From Eledone cirrhosa (taxonomy: Eukaryota): DNA of 64,000 nt. A program made the translations under genes and the position numbers. Shown piece after piece: positions 27,721 to 39,283 of the stretch. The notes beneath the pieces were generated by a model, which ran no database searches, was not told the origin of the DNA, and worked only from the letters and a program-made list of their open reading frames with translations. Each line of letters begins with the position of its first letter. Position 1 is the stretch's first letter. The stretch lies in assembly GCA_964016885.1 (NCBI GenBank), contig OZ024740.1, forward strand, positions 106,516,001-106,580,000. The letters run 5' to 3'.

Positions 27721-28299
27721 ATATACATACATATGCACACATGCATATATATATATATACATATATATATGTACATGTGTATATACATATTTACACATTT
27801 TTGGATGGCCGTTGACTCTTATGAATTCTTCCGCACATACATACATACATACATACATACATACATACATACATACATACATACATACATACATACATAC
27901 ATACATACATACATACATACATACATACAGTAGAATGTCGGAAGAAAATGTCTTCTTTCATTTGTTATTGTTCTCTATGTTCTGAGTTCTAATTCGGCTG
28001 AAGTCAATTTTGTTTTTCATCCTATCGGGGTCAATAACATAAAATATCAGTCCAGGGCAGTGAATTGGTGGTATTTTTAGAACATCCGGCCAGGTGCTTT
28101 TCGTGTTTCAGATATTTACGTTCTGAGTTCTTGAGTAGTAAACTTAATCCTCCGTTTTGTTTAACACCATCACTTGATCCTTTTATCCCTTCAGTGAAGT
28201 TCGCTTTGTTGCATGCAATCGAGACAGGTCCCAGATTTTGTAAATAGCTTCTTCACTTCTCAACAGTTTTGGATGTTCTGAAAAAGTAAAGAGTCATGG

Positions 28300-29790
28300 G
28301 TACTGGCCTCCCCGCTCTGAATAAAACGCTAAAACAAATTCCATTGGTTTGCAATATAAAGATAAATATAAGGCTCCACTGCCTAAGTGACATTGATTTT
28401 CGGGTGCTTTATAAATCAGTGGAAGAAGTGACCAGAGAGGGAGTTCGAGACCTTCGACATTTAGGACAAAAAAGACTCGGCGTGCGAGGTCTGAGGTAGA
28501 GGAGGACACCACATGAATGAGGAATGACAGATAGTCACTGATCTAGAAGAGAGACATTAAATAAAACCTGATACAAATCTCTCTCCCCAGAATCTACTTA
28601 AAGTTCGAACAAAAAGGAAAATGGACCAATTCACTTAGAAGGTTGTACATGAATAGTTGAAACGAAAAGCAAACCATACAGGGAATAATCCATACTAAAA
28701 TCCTGACATGGAGATCCCACAAGTTCATAACATCCCACCTTGAAGGATATCTCCATGCAATCCAGGAAGAAGAAATCCCACCAAATGCCTGCTTCACAAA
28801 AGAGGAAGGTCATCAGCTGATAATAAATATAGGCTGTGCAAAATAAAGACCGAAGATGTTAGCCACATTATTGCCAACAGCGAAAGCGTGTTTGAGTTGA
28901 GGTAGCATGAAACCAGAAGATCCGAGGAGTAGAGACCATCGGAGAACTGATAAAAGGGACATGTGGAGGGGAGCGTACATCTATTTGTTAGTGGCTTAGA
29001 TGTGTCAGTGAATAAATTATAGTTAAACAGAGTGGATTTTCTCTGGATGTGATTTAGGAGATCAGTATGAACAATAACAACGCAATTCCAGGCGTAGGAA
29101 CAGTACTTGCAAAAATATTTGAAGATTTATTGAAGGATGATTCCAAAAGTGGGTTCTGCAAAGAAATATTTGGGGCTCCGTGAAAAAAGGTAGGAGTATA
29201 TTTATATTACGACCATATAACTGTATTAGACTTTGGAGTTCCTCAAAAAGTTTCTAAACCAAAAAGGAATCCACTTTTAAAAACGTTTGGGAAACCCTGA
29301 TCTAGACAAAATACGTAAATTTTTCACCGAGGTTGAAACCATTTTGATCCTCACGAACCTACTAAACCTACTAAACCATACCGTAACTTTCTGCAGCATA
29401 CAGTTTCACGCGGTAAAAATCAAATCTCTAGCAGAAGAACAGAAGAAATCCTGAAAAGAATCATATAGTTGTAAAGATCGGCTTCTGTTTAATAAACCGA
29501 TTGACAGATACTGTAGAGAAAAAGTAGAATCTGAGCATAATGATGATTAATTACCGGAAGAATTTTCACAGTCTTTCCTATCCATGGATTATGGAAACAT
29601 TAGCCATGACTAAAGTAGCGACACCAATAACATGCAATTACATTAACCATGTCAGCAATAAATTACAGTATGATTCTACTGATACAAACAAAACAGGGAG
29701 TTATACAAACAAAATACATCCTTATTAGTAAAGGAATATACCTAGGGTATATCTCTCTCCCTCTCGTTCACTGTCTTTTTCATTGGCCCT

Positions 29791-29835
<45 letters not shown>

Positions 29836-30120
29836 GCTCTCCTCCTTCCTCTCTCTTTCTCACATTGTCTCTCTTTCTCTCTTACATTGTCTCTCTCCCT
29901 CCACACTTTCATACTTAGTGTCATCAAACTTGTTAAACCAGAATTGATATGGGTAGAAGCGCTATAGGGAGACAAATGACAACCTTATGAATATGGATGA
30001 CCCCACTATGAGCTGTAGATGTTAAACAAATGATACCACTTACGGAGAGTACATGGATTCGGTTGAGAAATTGACATGCAATTTCGTTTAGAAAAATTTG
30101 TCAAAGCAACCTTGAAGTGT
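28300..30120 (+). pseudogene. Highly decayed R4-like LINE relic
   Basis: Scattered motifs resembling IDYRKAF..PWIMETL, ISKGIYLG and MDD..; interrupted. Confidence 0.45.
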
Positions 30121-30139
30121 GTAAAATTGCTGTATTATC

Positions 30140-31342
30140 ATTTAGGCACAAAATAAGCAAAGTTGGGCCGAAAGGGAAAATATGATTAAATCAACCCAGT
30201 ATCACTTTATTTTATCGACCTCGGAAGGATGAAAGGCAAAATTGACCTGAGCGGTATTTGAACTCATAATGTAAAAGGCCTGCACAAATACCGCAATGGT
30301 AGTGCATCCAACGCTCTACCAATTCCGTAAATCCACCAGCCTCAAGAATAGAAAATTAAAAAATTAGTAGTATTATGAAAGAAATCCTAAAAATAACAAC
30401 GATAAGGTAATTATCGATAATTAACGATAAGGTAATTTAGGAATTAATAAACTAGAGCGAGTAGGGTACGTCTTTTCTAACATAGGCACAAGGAGAAAAA
30501 TTTGGATGCGATGGGGGTAGTTGAATGATTAAATCGACTTCAGAAATTGACTAGTAATTTATGTTATAGATCCTGGAAGGAAGAAAGGCGAGGTTGACTT
30601 CAACAGGATATGAACTCTAAACGTAAAATCCGAAATAAATCCCGCAAAGTATTTTGTCCGACGTCCTAAATTTTCTGCCAATCCACCAATCAAAATGGCT
30701 TCTGGCCTAGGTACAAGGCCAACAATTTTGGGAAACTGGAAGGTCGATTAAATCAACCCCAGTGAGTTACTGACACTTTATTTTATCAACTCCGCAAGGA
30801 TGAAAGGCAAAGCTAAACTTGGCGGGATTTGAACTAAAAAAATAAAGGGCTGTAAACTCTATGGCACAAAACGCTATCCAACGCTGTACCGATACAGCCA
30901 ATCCACCGACCTCAATCCACAAATAATGGTTTCTTATATAGGCACAAGGCCAGCAATTTTGGGGTGGGGAAAGTCGATTAAATCGACCCCAGTACATTAC
31001 TGGTGCTTTATTTTATCGACCCCGTAAGGATGAAAGGCAAAGTTAACCTCGGCGGGATTTGAACTCAGATCATAAAGGGTGGTAACGCTATGCTGCAAAG
31101 CATGGTGTCCGACTCTCTTTCAATCCACAAATAGTAATCATTATTATCATGAATGGTGTATTGGCAGTATCGGTCGAGGGTCGGACGCCATGCTTTCCAG
31201 CATAGTTGCGTCCCTTTACGATCTGAGTTCAAATCCCGCCGAGGTTGACTTTGCCTTTCATCCTTACGGGGTCGATAAAATAAAGTACCAGTAATGCACT
31301 GGGTAATTGCTGGCCTTGTGCCTAAAGTAGAAACAATTATTA
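30140..31342. mobile_element. Cluster of five SINEs: four tandem on minus, one on plus (31158-31342)
   Basis: Repeated ttttatcgacccc..aaggatgaaaggcaaag..cggcgggatttgaactc blocks near 30210, 30565, 30780 and 31010; inverted copy at 31158. Confidence 0.88.
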
Positions 31343-31816
31343 TCATGATTTCTGACAGAAGTGGGGGAAGGGAGGGATATGATCGATTATATCGACCCCA
31401 TAATAATAATAGGCATATTAGGCTTGGATATCCAAATCTGAAAATAGTACAGAAACTGGACTGATAACTATGATATCTATGATGAATAAGTAAGATACCA
31501 AAATAAACTTGAGTTTATCTTGCGTGAAGTCAAGTTTCTTTCATGGCTAGTTAGCGAATTATTTAATGAGATAATTGATCATATGTCTTCACGATGTCCA
31601 TTACTGGCAACCCCTCCATGCTTACACAAGCAGAACAGAGAAGCTAGATACTTACTCTAAATTGTTTACATCTGCTACCATATACACTCTTTCAATAAGT
31701 GACATGAACGTATCCCATGAGGAAAGAGAAGGGAAAGAAAGAGTAAATATATATATATAGAGAGAGAGAAAGAGAGCGAGAGGAGGTGTATATAATAATA
31801 TAATAATGTGTGTGCG

Positions 31817-31847
<31 letters not shown>

Positions 31848-31876
31848 GCGCGCGCGCGCATATATATATATATATG

Positions 31877-32074
31877 CGAGGGTGGGCTGAAAAGTTCATA
31901 CGCTGATTATGAAGGAATGATACCAGCGCTGTGAAATTTTGCATGCATTAATTCCAACTCTTCTTAATAATAACTGCATTGTTTCTTTCCAGGGACTATG
32001 TTGAAAAATAAACCTCATTTGATCATTCCGTGAGAGTATCTTAGTCAGCTTAGGAACTTCTCAGCCGACCCTCA
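31877..32074. mobile_element. Mariner-type MITE
   Basis: CGAGGGTGGGCTGAAAAGTTC ... GAACTTCTCAGCCGACCCTC TIRs within TA runs. Confidence 0.75.
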
Positions 32075-32096
32075 TATATATATATATATATATATA

Positions 32097-32665
32097 AAAC
32101 GAAAAATCAGTGATGCATCTGAACTCAATTTATTTCGCCGGCGGACAGCCCGAGACACGATCATTGTGTGGATCTGTCTGATTCTGGACCCGCAGGTTCG
32201 ACGGACACGTCTAATGATTTCGAAGCAAATTCTTTCACTGGAGTATTGTAATTCAATGAATTGTAATTCATTGAAGTGTGGCAGACATGGGACAGCTGAT
32301 GGTCAGTCGAACGATACCTGTGGTCAGAATTATGATGACGTAGACAACCAGCGGCCAATAGCAGGAAGCGCGAAGAGGATGAAGTTTTTGACGGTAATAC
32401 CCCAATGAAAGAATTTGCTTCGAAATCATTAGACGTGTCCGTCGAACCTGCGGGTCCAGAATCAGACAGATCCACACAATGATCGTGTCTCGGGCTGTCC
32501 GCCGGCGAAACAATTGTAACACTCAATAAATTCAGATGCATCACTGATGAGTTCAGATGCATCACTGATTTTTCGTTTTATATTATGTAATACTCTGCTC
32601 TGTAAGAGCATAGAGTGCTCAACTGGCATTCCACCTATGGAAGCATCTTAGCTACCATCAGACAC
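32097..32665. mobile_element. Fold-back element in (AT)n
   Basis: ~32097-32250 is the near-perfect reverse complement of ~32395-32581. Confidence 0.8.
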
Positions 32666-33134
32666 ACATATATATATATGTATATATATATAGTAATAAT
32701 AATAAATGTGAAGCCTAAAATCCGAAGCGGGCTTCATAAGGATAATAAGTATATATCAAATATATAAAAACTATAGAGTAAATATTTATTATTAAAATAA
32801 CAGATTAAAGTTTAAGAAAAGTCTCGATTTAAAATAATAAATCAATAAAAACAAACCCATATTGGCAATAGCCAATAAAAACAAACCCATATTGCCAATA
32901 TGGGTTTGTTTTTATTGATTTATTATTTTAAATCGAGACAGGCAAACTGTATTAATTTAATTAGTATTTTTCAATCTAGCTAACTTGGTCATTTGCAATA
33001 CAAACACTTATATAATTGTATTAGTGTTTATCATATATTAATTTATATTAACTTGTATTTCACGGCTCAGAAATACCTCTTTCTTTGAGCTATTTAATTG
33101 TAAAAGACTGTTTGAGTTTATAACTCTATATATA

Positions 33135-33168
<34 letters not shown>

Positions 33169-34086
33169 CATTCGACCTGCGACGAGTCCACGCCACGACT
33201 TTACCATTTAACAAACGCACGCAATTGCCGTCGCAGGTCGATGAACAAACAGAAGCACAATTTAGTATAGCTAGATCCGAACTTAGAAATATTATAGAAC
33301 AGTATAGCAAGAAGCATAATAGAATAGAGGCCCAGAAACTGGGAGAAAAATCTGCAAATGGCTTGCGTAAGCTCATGCAGCGCTCGCGTAATGGAGAGAT
33401 AGCATGTTTTCCAACAGACAAGTCTGGCAGAATGTCGGTTGACAGCCTGCCAAACTACATCCAGGCAATGCAACCCCACATCACTAACACAAGAGAGGTA
33501 ACACCACAGGAGCATGAGGATAGAGAAAAAGCCCTCAATGCCCATATGGTGATGTGGACGAATATAATGCATCCCAACAAAAGGACTGCCAACAACTTCT
33601 AAGCCTGGAACAATGACGTGCCGGCGTTGTATGGGCTTCGAAAAGACCATAAAACGGGCTGTGACCCTGTCGCGGGACCACCAACACGGCCAGTCTGTGT
33701 AGCTAACATTTGCTAGTAACTACAGACTGTCCTACTTCCTCTCCCTGATCATACGCCCCATCATTGAGATGTCCCCAGATATATGTGACAGCACGGAGGA
33801 CCTCCTTAGCAGAATCAGCGAAAGTAACCGATCTAGGGACCTAACAAACTGCATAATAGGTAGTATGGATGTTGTGTCCCTGTATCCATCTATTGACGTG
33901 GATTTTGCTGTGGAGAAATGCGTAGAAATGATCAGCGAGAGCTAGGTTGAGTTCCGTGGGATTGATACCAGTGAGCTGGGACTTCTACTTAAGCTTACCC
34001 ATAGTAATAGTTACCTAGACACATATGACCTTAGCAACCTGTGCCCTACAAGACCAGCAAGAGGCAGACCACCTACCATTACCTCA

Positions 34087-35526
34087 ATGGCCAAGAAAAC
34101 CCACACAGATAGATGGAACGGGTGGACCAGAGCCATACGGACACCCGAAAACCACGATGAACTGAAGAAAATTATTGCACATGCGGTAGGGGCCAGCATA
34201 AAACTAACGCTTAAGGAACATATGTTCAAATTTAATGGAAAAACATATGCCCAAGAGGAAGGAGCAGCCATTGGTGTTAGCATTGCAGGCGACATAGCTA
34301 ACTTATTCATGGTATGGTGGGACAGTAGACTTAAACTTAAACTTAAACTTAAAGAACAATTAGAAGACAGCTTAACCCTGATAATGTACTCCCGCTACGT
34401 AGATAATATAAACATCGTAGTTAAGACACCCCCACTAGAGAACAGTCATGAACTAGAGAAAAACACAATGGAAAGCATCCAGCAAATAGCAAACTCCATC
34501 CACCAGAGCATTAGAGTTACTATAGACTACCCAAGTAGACACCCCAACCATCGATTACCTGTACTAGACACAGAGCTCTGGTTAGATACCATTAACAACC
34601 AAAAACAAATCCCCCATTCCCATTATGCCAAACCCATGACTTCCAAACATCTGATCCACCGAAACTCGGCCATTTCGGACCATACCAAAATCAACATACT
34701 GATTGCGGATTTGGTACGGGTGATGAGAAATGTGTCCCGCATGTGCAACCCCGAAGAACTAGAGAGACACATACAACACTTCATCCACCGTATGCAGTTC
34801 TCTGGCTACAATCAGAGAGATAGAATCAGAGTATATAGAGGAGCCAGAACCAAATGGGAAAAAATAGTAAATAATGACATAAATGGGACCTGCCCCTTGT
34901 ATAGGAGCAAATTTTGGAATAGAATAGAAAGAACTAGGAACAAGGCTAATAGAATAAACTCATGGTATGATAGCAATAAATACCAGAGTGTAATGTTCAT
35001 CGATACAACCCCTAGAGGCGAACTAGCCTACAAATTTAGAAGGGCCCTAAATAAACATAAACTCAATATTAAGATAGTAGAAAGACCAGGTACCTCCGTA
35101 AAAACACTTATTAGCAAGACATACCCGTTTCAAAGACCCTCATGTATAGATAAGAAATGTATAACCTGTAAAATAAGCCCCCATATTAACTGTAAAACTA
35201 GAAATGTAGTGTATAGCATAAGATGTACTGAAGGACAATGTAGAAACAAAAATATAGTGTACATAGGTGAAACAGCTCGTAGTATAGGGGAACGGATAAA
35301 TGAACACTGGCGAGACCTTCAAGATAATAAAGAATCATCTGTACTCTACCAACATGCTAAGATAGAACACAAGGGTAAACTAGAGAACATAGAAATAAAA
35401 ATAGAGTCTACACACAGAAAAGATGCAATGTTTAGACAAATTACAGAGGCAATAAACATAAAAGAATTACAACCAGAATTAAATAGAAAATATGAGTGGA
35501 ACAGCAACATCACAACTTACAATTAA
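34087..35526 (+). CDS. PLE RT palm/thumb and GIY-YIG endonuclease (open part of a disrupted ORF)
   Basis: 479-aa ORF; catalytic YVDD reads YVDN; CxxC linker; VY..YIG endonuclease motif. Confidence 0.8.
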   Translation: MAKKTHTDRWNGWTRAIRTPENHDELKKIIAHAVGASIKLTLKEHMFKFNGKTYAQEEGAAIGVSIAGDIANLFMVWWDSRLKLKLKLKEQLEDSLTLIMYSRYVDNINIVVKTPPLENSHELEKNTMESIQQIANSIHQSIRVTIDYPSRHPNHRLPVLDTELWLDTINNQKQIPHSHYAKPMTSKHLIHRNSAISDHTKINILIADLVRVMRNVSRMCNPEELERHIQHFIHRMQFSGYNQRDRIRVYRGARTKWEKIVNNDINGTCPLYRSKFWNRIERTRNKANRINSWYDSNKYQSVMFIDTTPRGELAYKFRRALNKHKLNIKIVERPGTSVKTLISKTYPFQRPSCIDKKCITCKISPHINCKTRNVVYSIRCTEGQCRNKNIVYIGETARSIGERINEHWRDLQDNKESSVLYQHAKIEHKGKLENIEIKIESTHRKDAMFRQITEAINIKELQPELNRKYEWNSNITTYN

Positions 35527-35740
35527 GGACAAAATGAAAACACACACACACATAGAACAAACAACCAACCAATAACATGTAAATAAATAAATAAATAAAT
35601 AAACAAATAGATAAATGAACATAAACACACAGACACCCGGATGTGGCGCATGCGCAAACTGAGCACACAACACACACACAGAAACAAAATGGCGTAGGAC
35701 AGAAGAAAGGAAAGGCACAGAAACAAAGAAAGGAATCCCC

Positions 35741-35785
35741 AGTCACTGAAGAGGTCACAGAGTGTGTGACGAAAGGACTATGACT
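35741..35785 (+). ncRNA. Type-I hammerhead ribozyme
   Basis: AGTCA-CTGAAGA-G-GTCACA gagtg TGTGAC-GAAA-GGAC-TA-TGACT; second copy at 12723-12765 (-). Confidence 0.85.
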
Positions 35786-36566
35786 ATATATAAACAACTA
35801 ACTGTTTATAAATTTGTAAATTTGTAAATTTATAAATATATAAAAAAATATAAAAATATATAATAAATTGAAGTGAAAGCAACTGGTGCGTGTGTTTCTT
35901 ATTGGCAACATGACCCTCCCAAAGTATAACAATATCGGTTTCAACACACGATTTCAGATAAAGAATCTTGCTAAACAAATTCAGAAACGATATATATATA
36001 TATATAAAGGAAAGGAATGTTTCTCTTTGTTGAATATAAGTCACCAATTTGGTTGAACATGTAAATTCCAATTTGGTAGATAGAGTGTTGTCACCAGATT
36101 TAGCGGAGAAGTATATTTCAGAAGTTGTTGTAATGTTGCCACGAGGAACCAGGTTTGGGTAGAAAGATATGATAGGAATATCGAAAACGACTTTTGCTTG
36201 GTTTTACATTATTTATTAACAGAAGTTAAGAAGTGAGTTAAGTTGGCATGCCGAGAGAAATGAAATAATTCGATTAAGATTAGAAGAGAAAATGCGGTCA
36301 ACTGGCTGAAGGCGTTTAGCCAGCTCCGTAGGAATGTTTTGTCGTTACATATTGTTTGCGCTGGCGGAGCAAAAGAACAAGCGGTGTTTACTTAGCATGG
36401 TCAAGCCTGGAAGTCTTCTAGCCTGGAAGTGGTTTGCGTCTTCAAATCTTTGCGGGCTATTTCTCCCTCAGAACGCGTAGGGATACATCCTCTTCTACTG
36501 GCGCTGATTGGCTGAGCTGAGCCAAATCACGCACAGAGAATGTATGTGAGCCCGCGGAATGTAGGT

Positions 36567-36570
<4 letters not shown>

Positions 36571-36597
<27 letters not shown>

Positions 36598-36699
36598 CGT
36601 ACACAGATACATATATATATATATATGTGTGTGTATGTATGCATATAAATATATATATATGTATATATATATATATGTGTATGTATATATATATGTATG

Positions 36700-36732
<33 letters not shown>

Positions 36733-36754
36733 GTGTGTATGTATATATATATAC

Positions 36755-36849
<95 letters not shown>

Positions 36850-37037
36850 CGTACACAGATACATATATATATGTGTGTGTGTATGTATGCATATATATAT
36901 ATATATATATGTGTGTGTATATATATATATATATATATGTGTATGTATATATATATATGTATGTATATATATATATATATGTATGTATATATATATATGT
37001 GTGTATGTATATATATATATATGTGTATGTATATATA

Positions 37038-37131
<94 letters not shown>

Positions 37132-37150
37132 CATGTATATATATGTATAT
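36571..37150. repeat. Compound (AT)n/(GTAT) microsatellite
   Basis: Direct reading; source of many spurious YI/IY ORFs. Confidence 0.97.
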
Positions 37151-37692
37151 ATTACACAAAGAGAAGTGTGTTACACAGTGAGATGTGTGTAAATAATTAT
37201 TACAAGTGATTTTACCGTTACTGTATAGGGAACAATATCTAGAGGTTAGCATTTAAATATAAAAAAAACAATTCAGAATCAAATCTCTGGATTAGAGTTT
37301 TAAATCACAAACCTTATAACTATATTTTGCTGATACGAATCTAGCTTCGTTTCACCACTGATACTGCACATATAAGTGGTGAAACGAAGCTAGATTCGTA
37401 TCAGCAAAATATAGTTATAAGGTTTGTGATTTAAAACTCTAATCCAGAGATTTGATTCTGAATTGGTTTTTTTCTATTTAATTGCTAACCTCTAGATATT
37501 GTTCCCTATACAGTAACGGTAAAATCACTTGTAATAATTCTTTACATACATCTCACTGTGTAACACACTTCTCTTTGTGTAATATATACTTGTATTTGAG
37601 CTCAGAAGGAAATTCTCTATTCTTCTTTGAGCTAATACTATTGTTATTATTATTGTTACAGTGAACTGCGGAATACTCTTAATTCCGATCTT

Positions 37693-37695
<3 letters not shown>
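37146..37695. mobile_element. Fold-back element with ~215-bp arms and 16-nt loop
   Basis: 37146-37359 is the reverse complement of 37376-37589. Confidence 0.85.
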
Positions 37696-37734
<39 letters not shown>

Positions 37735-37768
37735 TACATACACACACACACATATATATATATATGTA

Positions 37769-37808
<40 letters not shown>

Positions 37809-37813
<5 letters not shown>

Positions 37814-38178
37814 AAAAAGAGATGAAATCGAAAATGCGACTGAAGTCTTATTTTTTTTTTAAATATATATATTTATTTGGTTCCTTTACCGGTTTCGCAG
37901 TTCTTCTGCTTTTCAAAAGGTGAGTTGAGATGGAGGGTCTGTGGTTTTTCTCACATCTGGTTGGTCTCTAAATGTTACTTGTTTTATATGGAAAAAGTGG
38001 CTCGAAAGCCAGGTTTTTCGAGAAGTAATTTGATTGGTTTGTCAATAATTATAATAAATTTCGCGCCAGTTCGCACTGGCAATACAACAGCAAACACGAA
38101 AAAGTCAGGAAAATATGTTCATTCAAAAATATTCCTACTAAAGGAATCACTTTCCTACACACACACATACACACACAC

Positions 38179-38229
<51 letters not shown>

Positions 38230-38476
38230 TCTTCATCTTAACATGCTAACCATACTCCCACACACATAACACCCATACACACACATAACAACCCCCAGAC
38301 CTACAACTCCCTCCCCATTTCTACTAATAGAACCACTTTCCTACACACATATATATATACACACACACAAAATATATATTCTCTCCATCTTAACATACTC
38401 GCACACACACATAACACCCATATACACACACACACAACTCCCTCCCCCATCTCTACTAATAGAATCATCTTCCAAT

Positions 38477-38509
<33 letters not shown>

Positions 38510-39150
38510 CACACATACAAGCACACAAATAAACACATATCTTCAGTCTCAATAGAAAATCTGAACTCTGACACCTGAACTCTGACAGCTGGCCATATTC
38601 ACTGAACCAGAACATTTCTCCCAATCCCTTTTCCCTTGACCACTATCTTTCCATTGTCATAACATTCACTATAAAGACTACAGAATAGTTTTCCAAATAA
38701 GGGCGCAAAAATGTAATGAAAACTTGTTCACATGACAGCCAAATTTCATTTATAACCAACCAAAAAAAAAGCCTTCGTGAGCCTCCTTTTTTCAAGTAAA
38801 AAGAAATTCAAACACTCATATATGAAAAAACAACCTGTGACAACCCCCCCCCCCCCCCTCTCTTATTTGAAGAACTATTGTAACGCGAACTGGCGCGAAA
38901 TTTATTATAATTATTGACAAACCAATCAAATTACTTCTCGAAAAACCTGGCTTTCGATCCACTTTTTCCATATAAAACAAGTAACATTTAGAGACCAACC
39001 AGATGTGAGAAAAACCACAGACCTTCCATCTCAACTCACCTTTTGAAAAGCAGAAGAACTGCGAAACCGGTAAAGGAACCAAATAAATATATATATTTTT
39101 AAAAAAAATAAGACTTCAGTTGCATTTTCGATTTCATCTCTTTTTCTTTA
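37809..39150. mobile_element. Non-coding element with ~265-bp terminal inverted repeats, each carrying a variant HHR
   Basis: 37809-38074 is the reverse complement of 38885-39150; spacer holds degenerate CA-rich tandem subrepeats. Confidence 0.85.
39039..39076 (+). ncRNA. Hammerhead variant with U3-A8 core; mirror copy at 37883-37920 (-)
   Basis: CCTT-TTGAAAA-GCAG aagaa CTGC-GAAA-CCGG-TA-AAGG; helices I and II intact, helix III palindromic. Confidence 0.7.
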
Positions 39151-39207
39151 TACTTCCACTCGTGTAGGACACCTCGGTTATTTTTCATTTTGTAAAAAAA
39201 ACCTCAC

Positions 39208-39279
<72 letters not shown>

Positions 39280-39283
<4 letters not shown>

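Larger units (their letters stand above)
33170..35935 (+). mobile_element. Penelope-like element, RT with C-terminal GIY-YIG (divergent clade, possibly Hydra-type)
   Basis: TDKSGR, PALYGLRKDHK, RPVC, GSMDVVSLYPSID, GAAIGVSIAGDIANLFMVWWD, RYVDN, YIGETARS; stops at ~33600 and ~33942; HHR in 3' UTR. Confidence 0.92.

Noticed and set aside
31575-31700. Possible host exon (minus-strand AGA/GTAAGT donor near 31650)
   Set aside because: No recognisable protein and no partner exons; cannot be supported without RNA-seq
33598-33945. Selenocysteine or readthrough recoding in the PLE ORF
   Set aside because: Interrupting stops are TAA/TAG with a frameshift, not in-frame TGA; ordinary decay
36457-37252. 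Long YI/IY/HT/CV-rich ORFs here and throughout the ORF track
   Set aside because: Translations of stop-free microsatellites, not genes
37877-39082. Duplicated [19 protein letters not shown] as a gene pair
   Set aside because: Antisense reading of the HHR-bearing inverted repeat; non-ATG start
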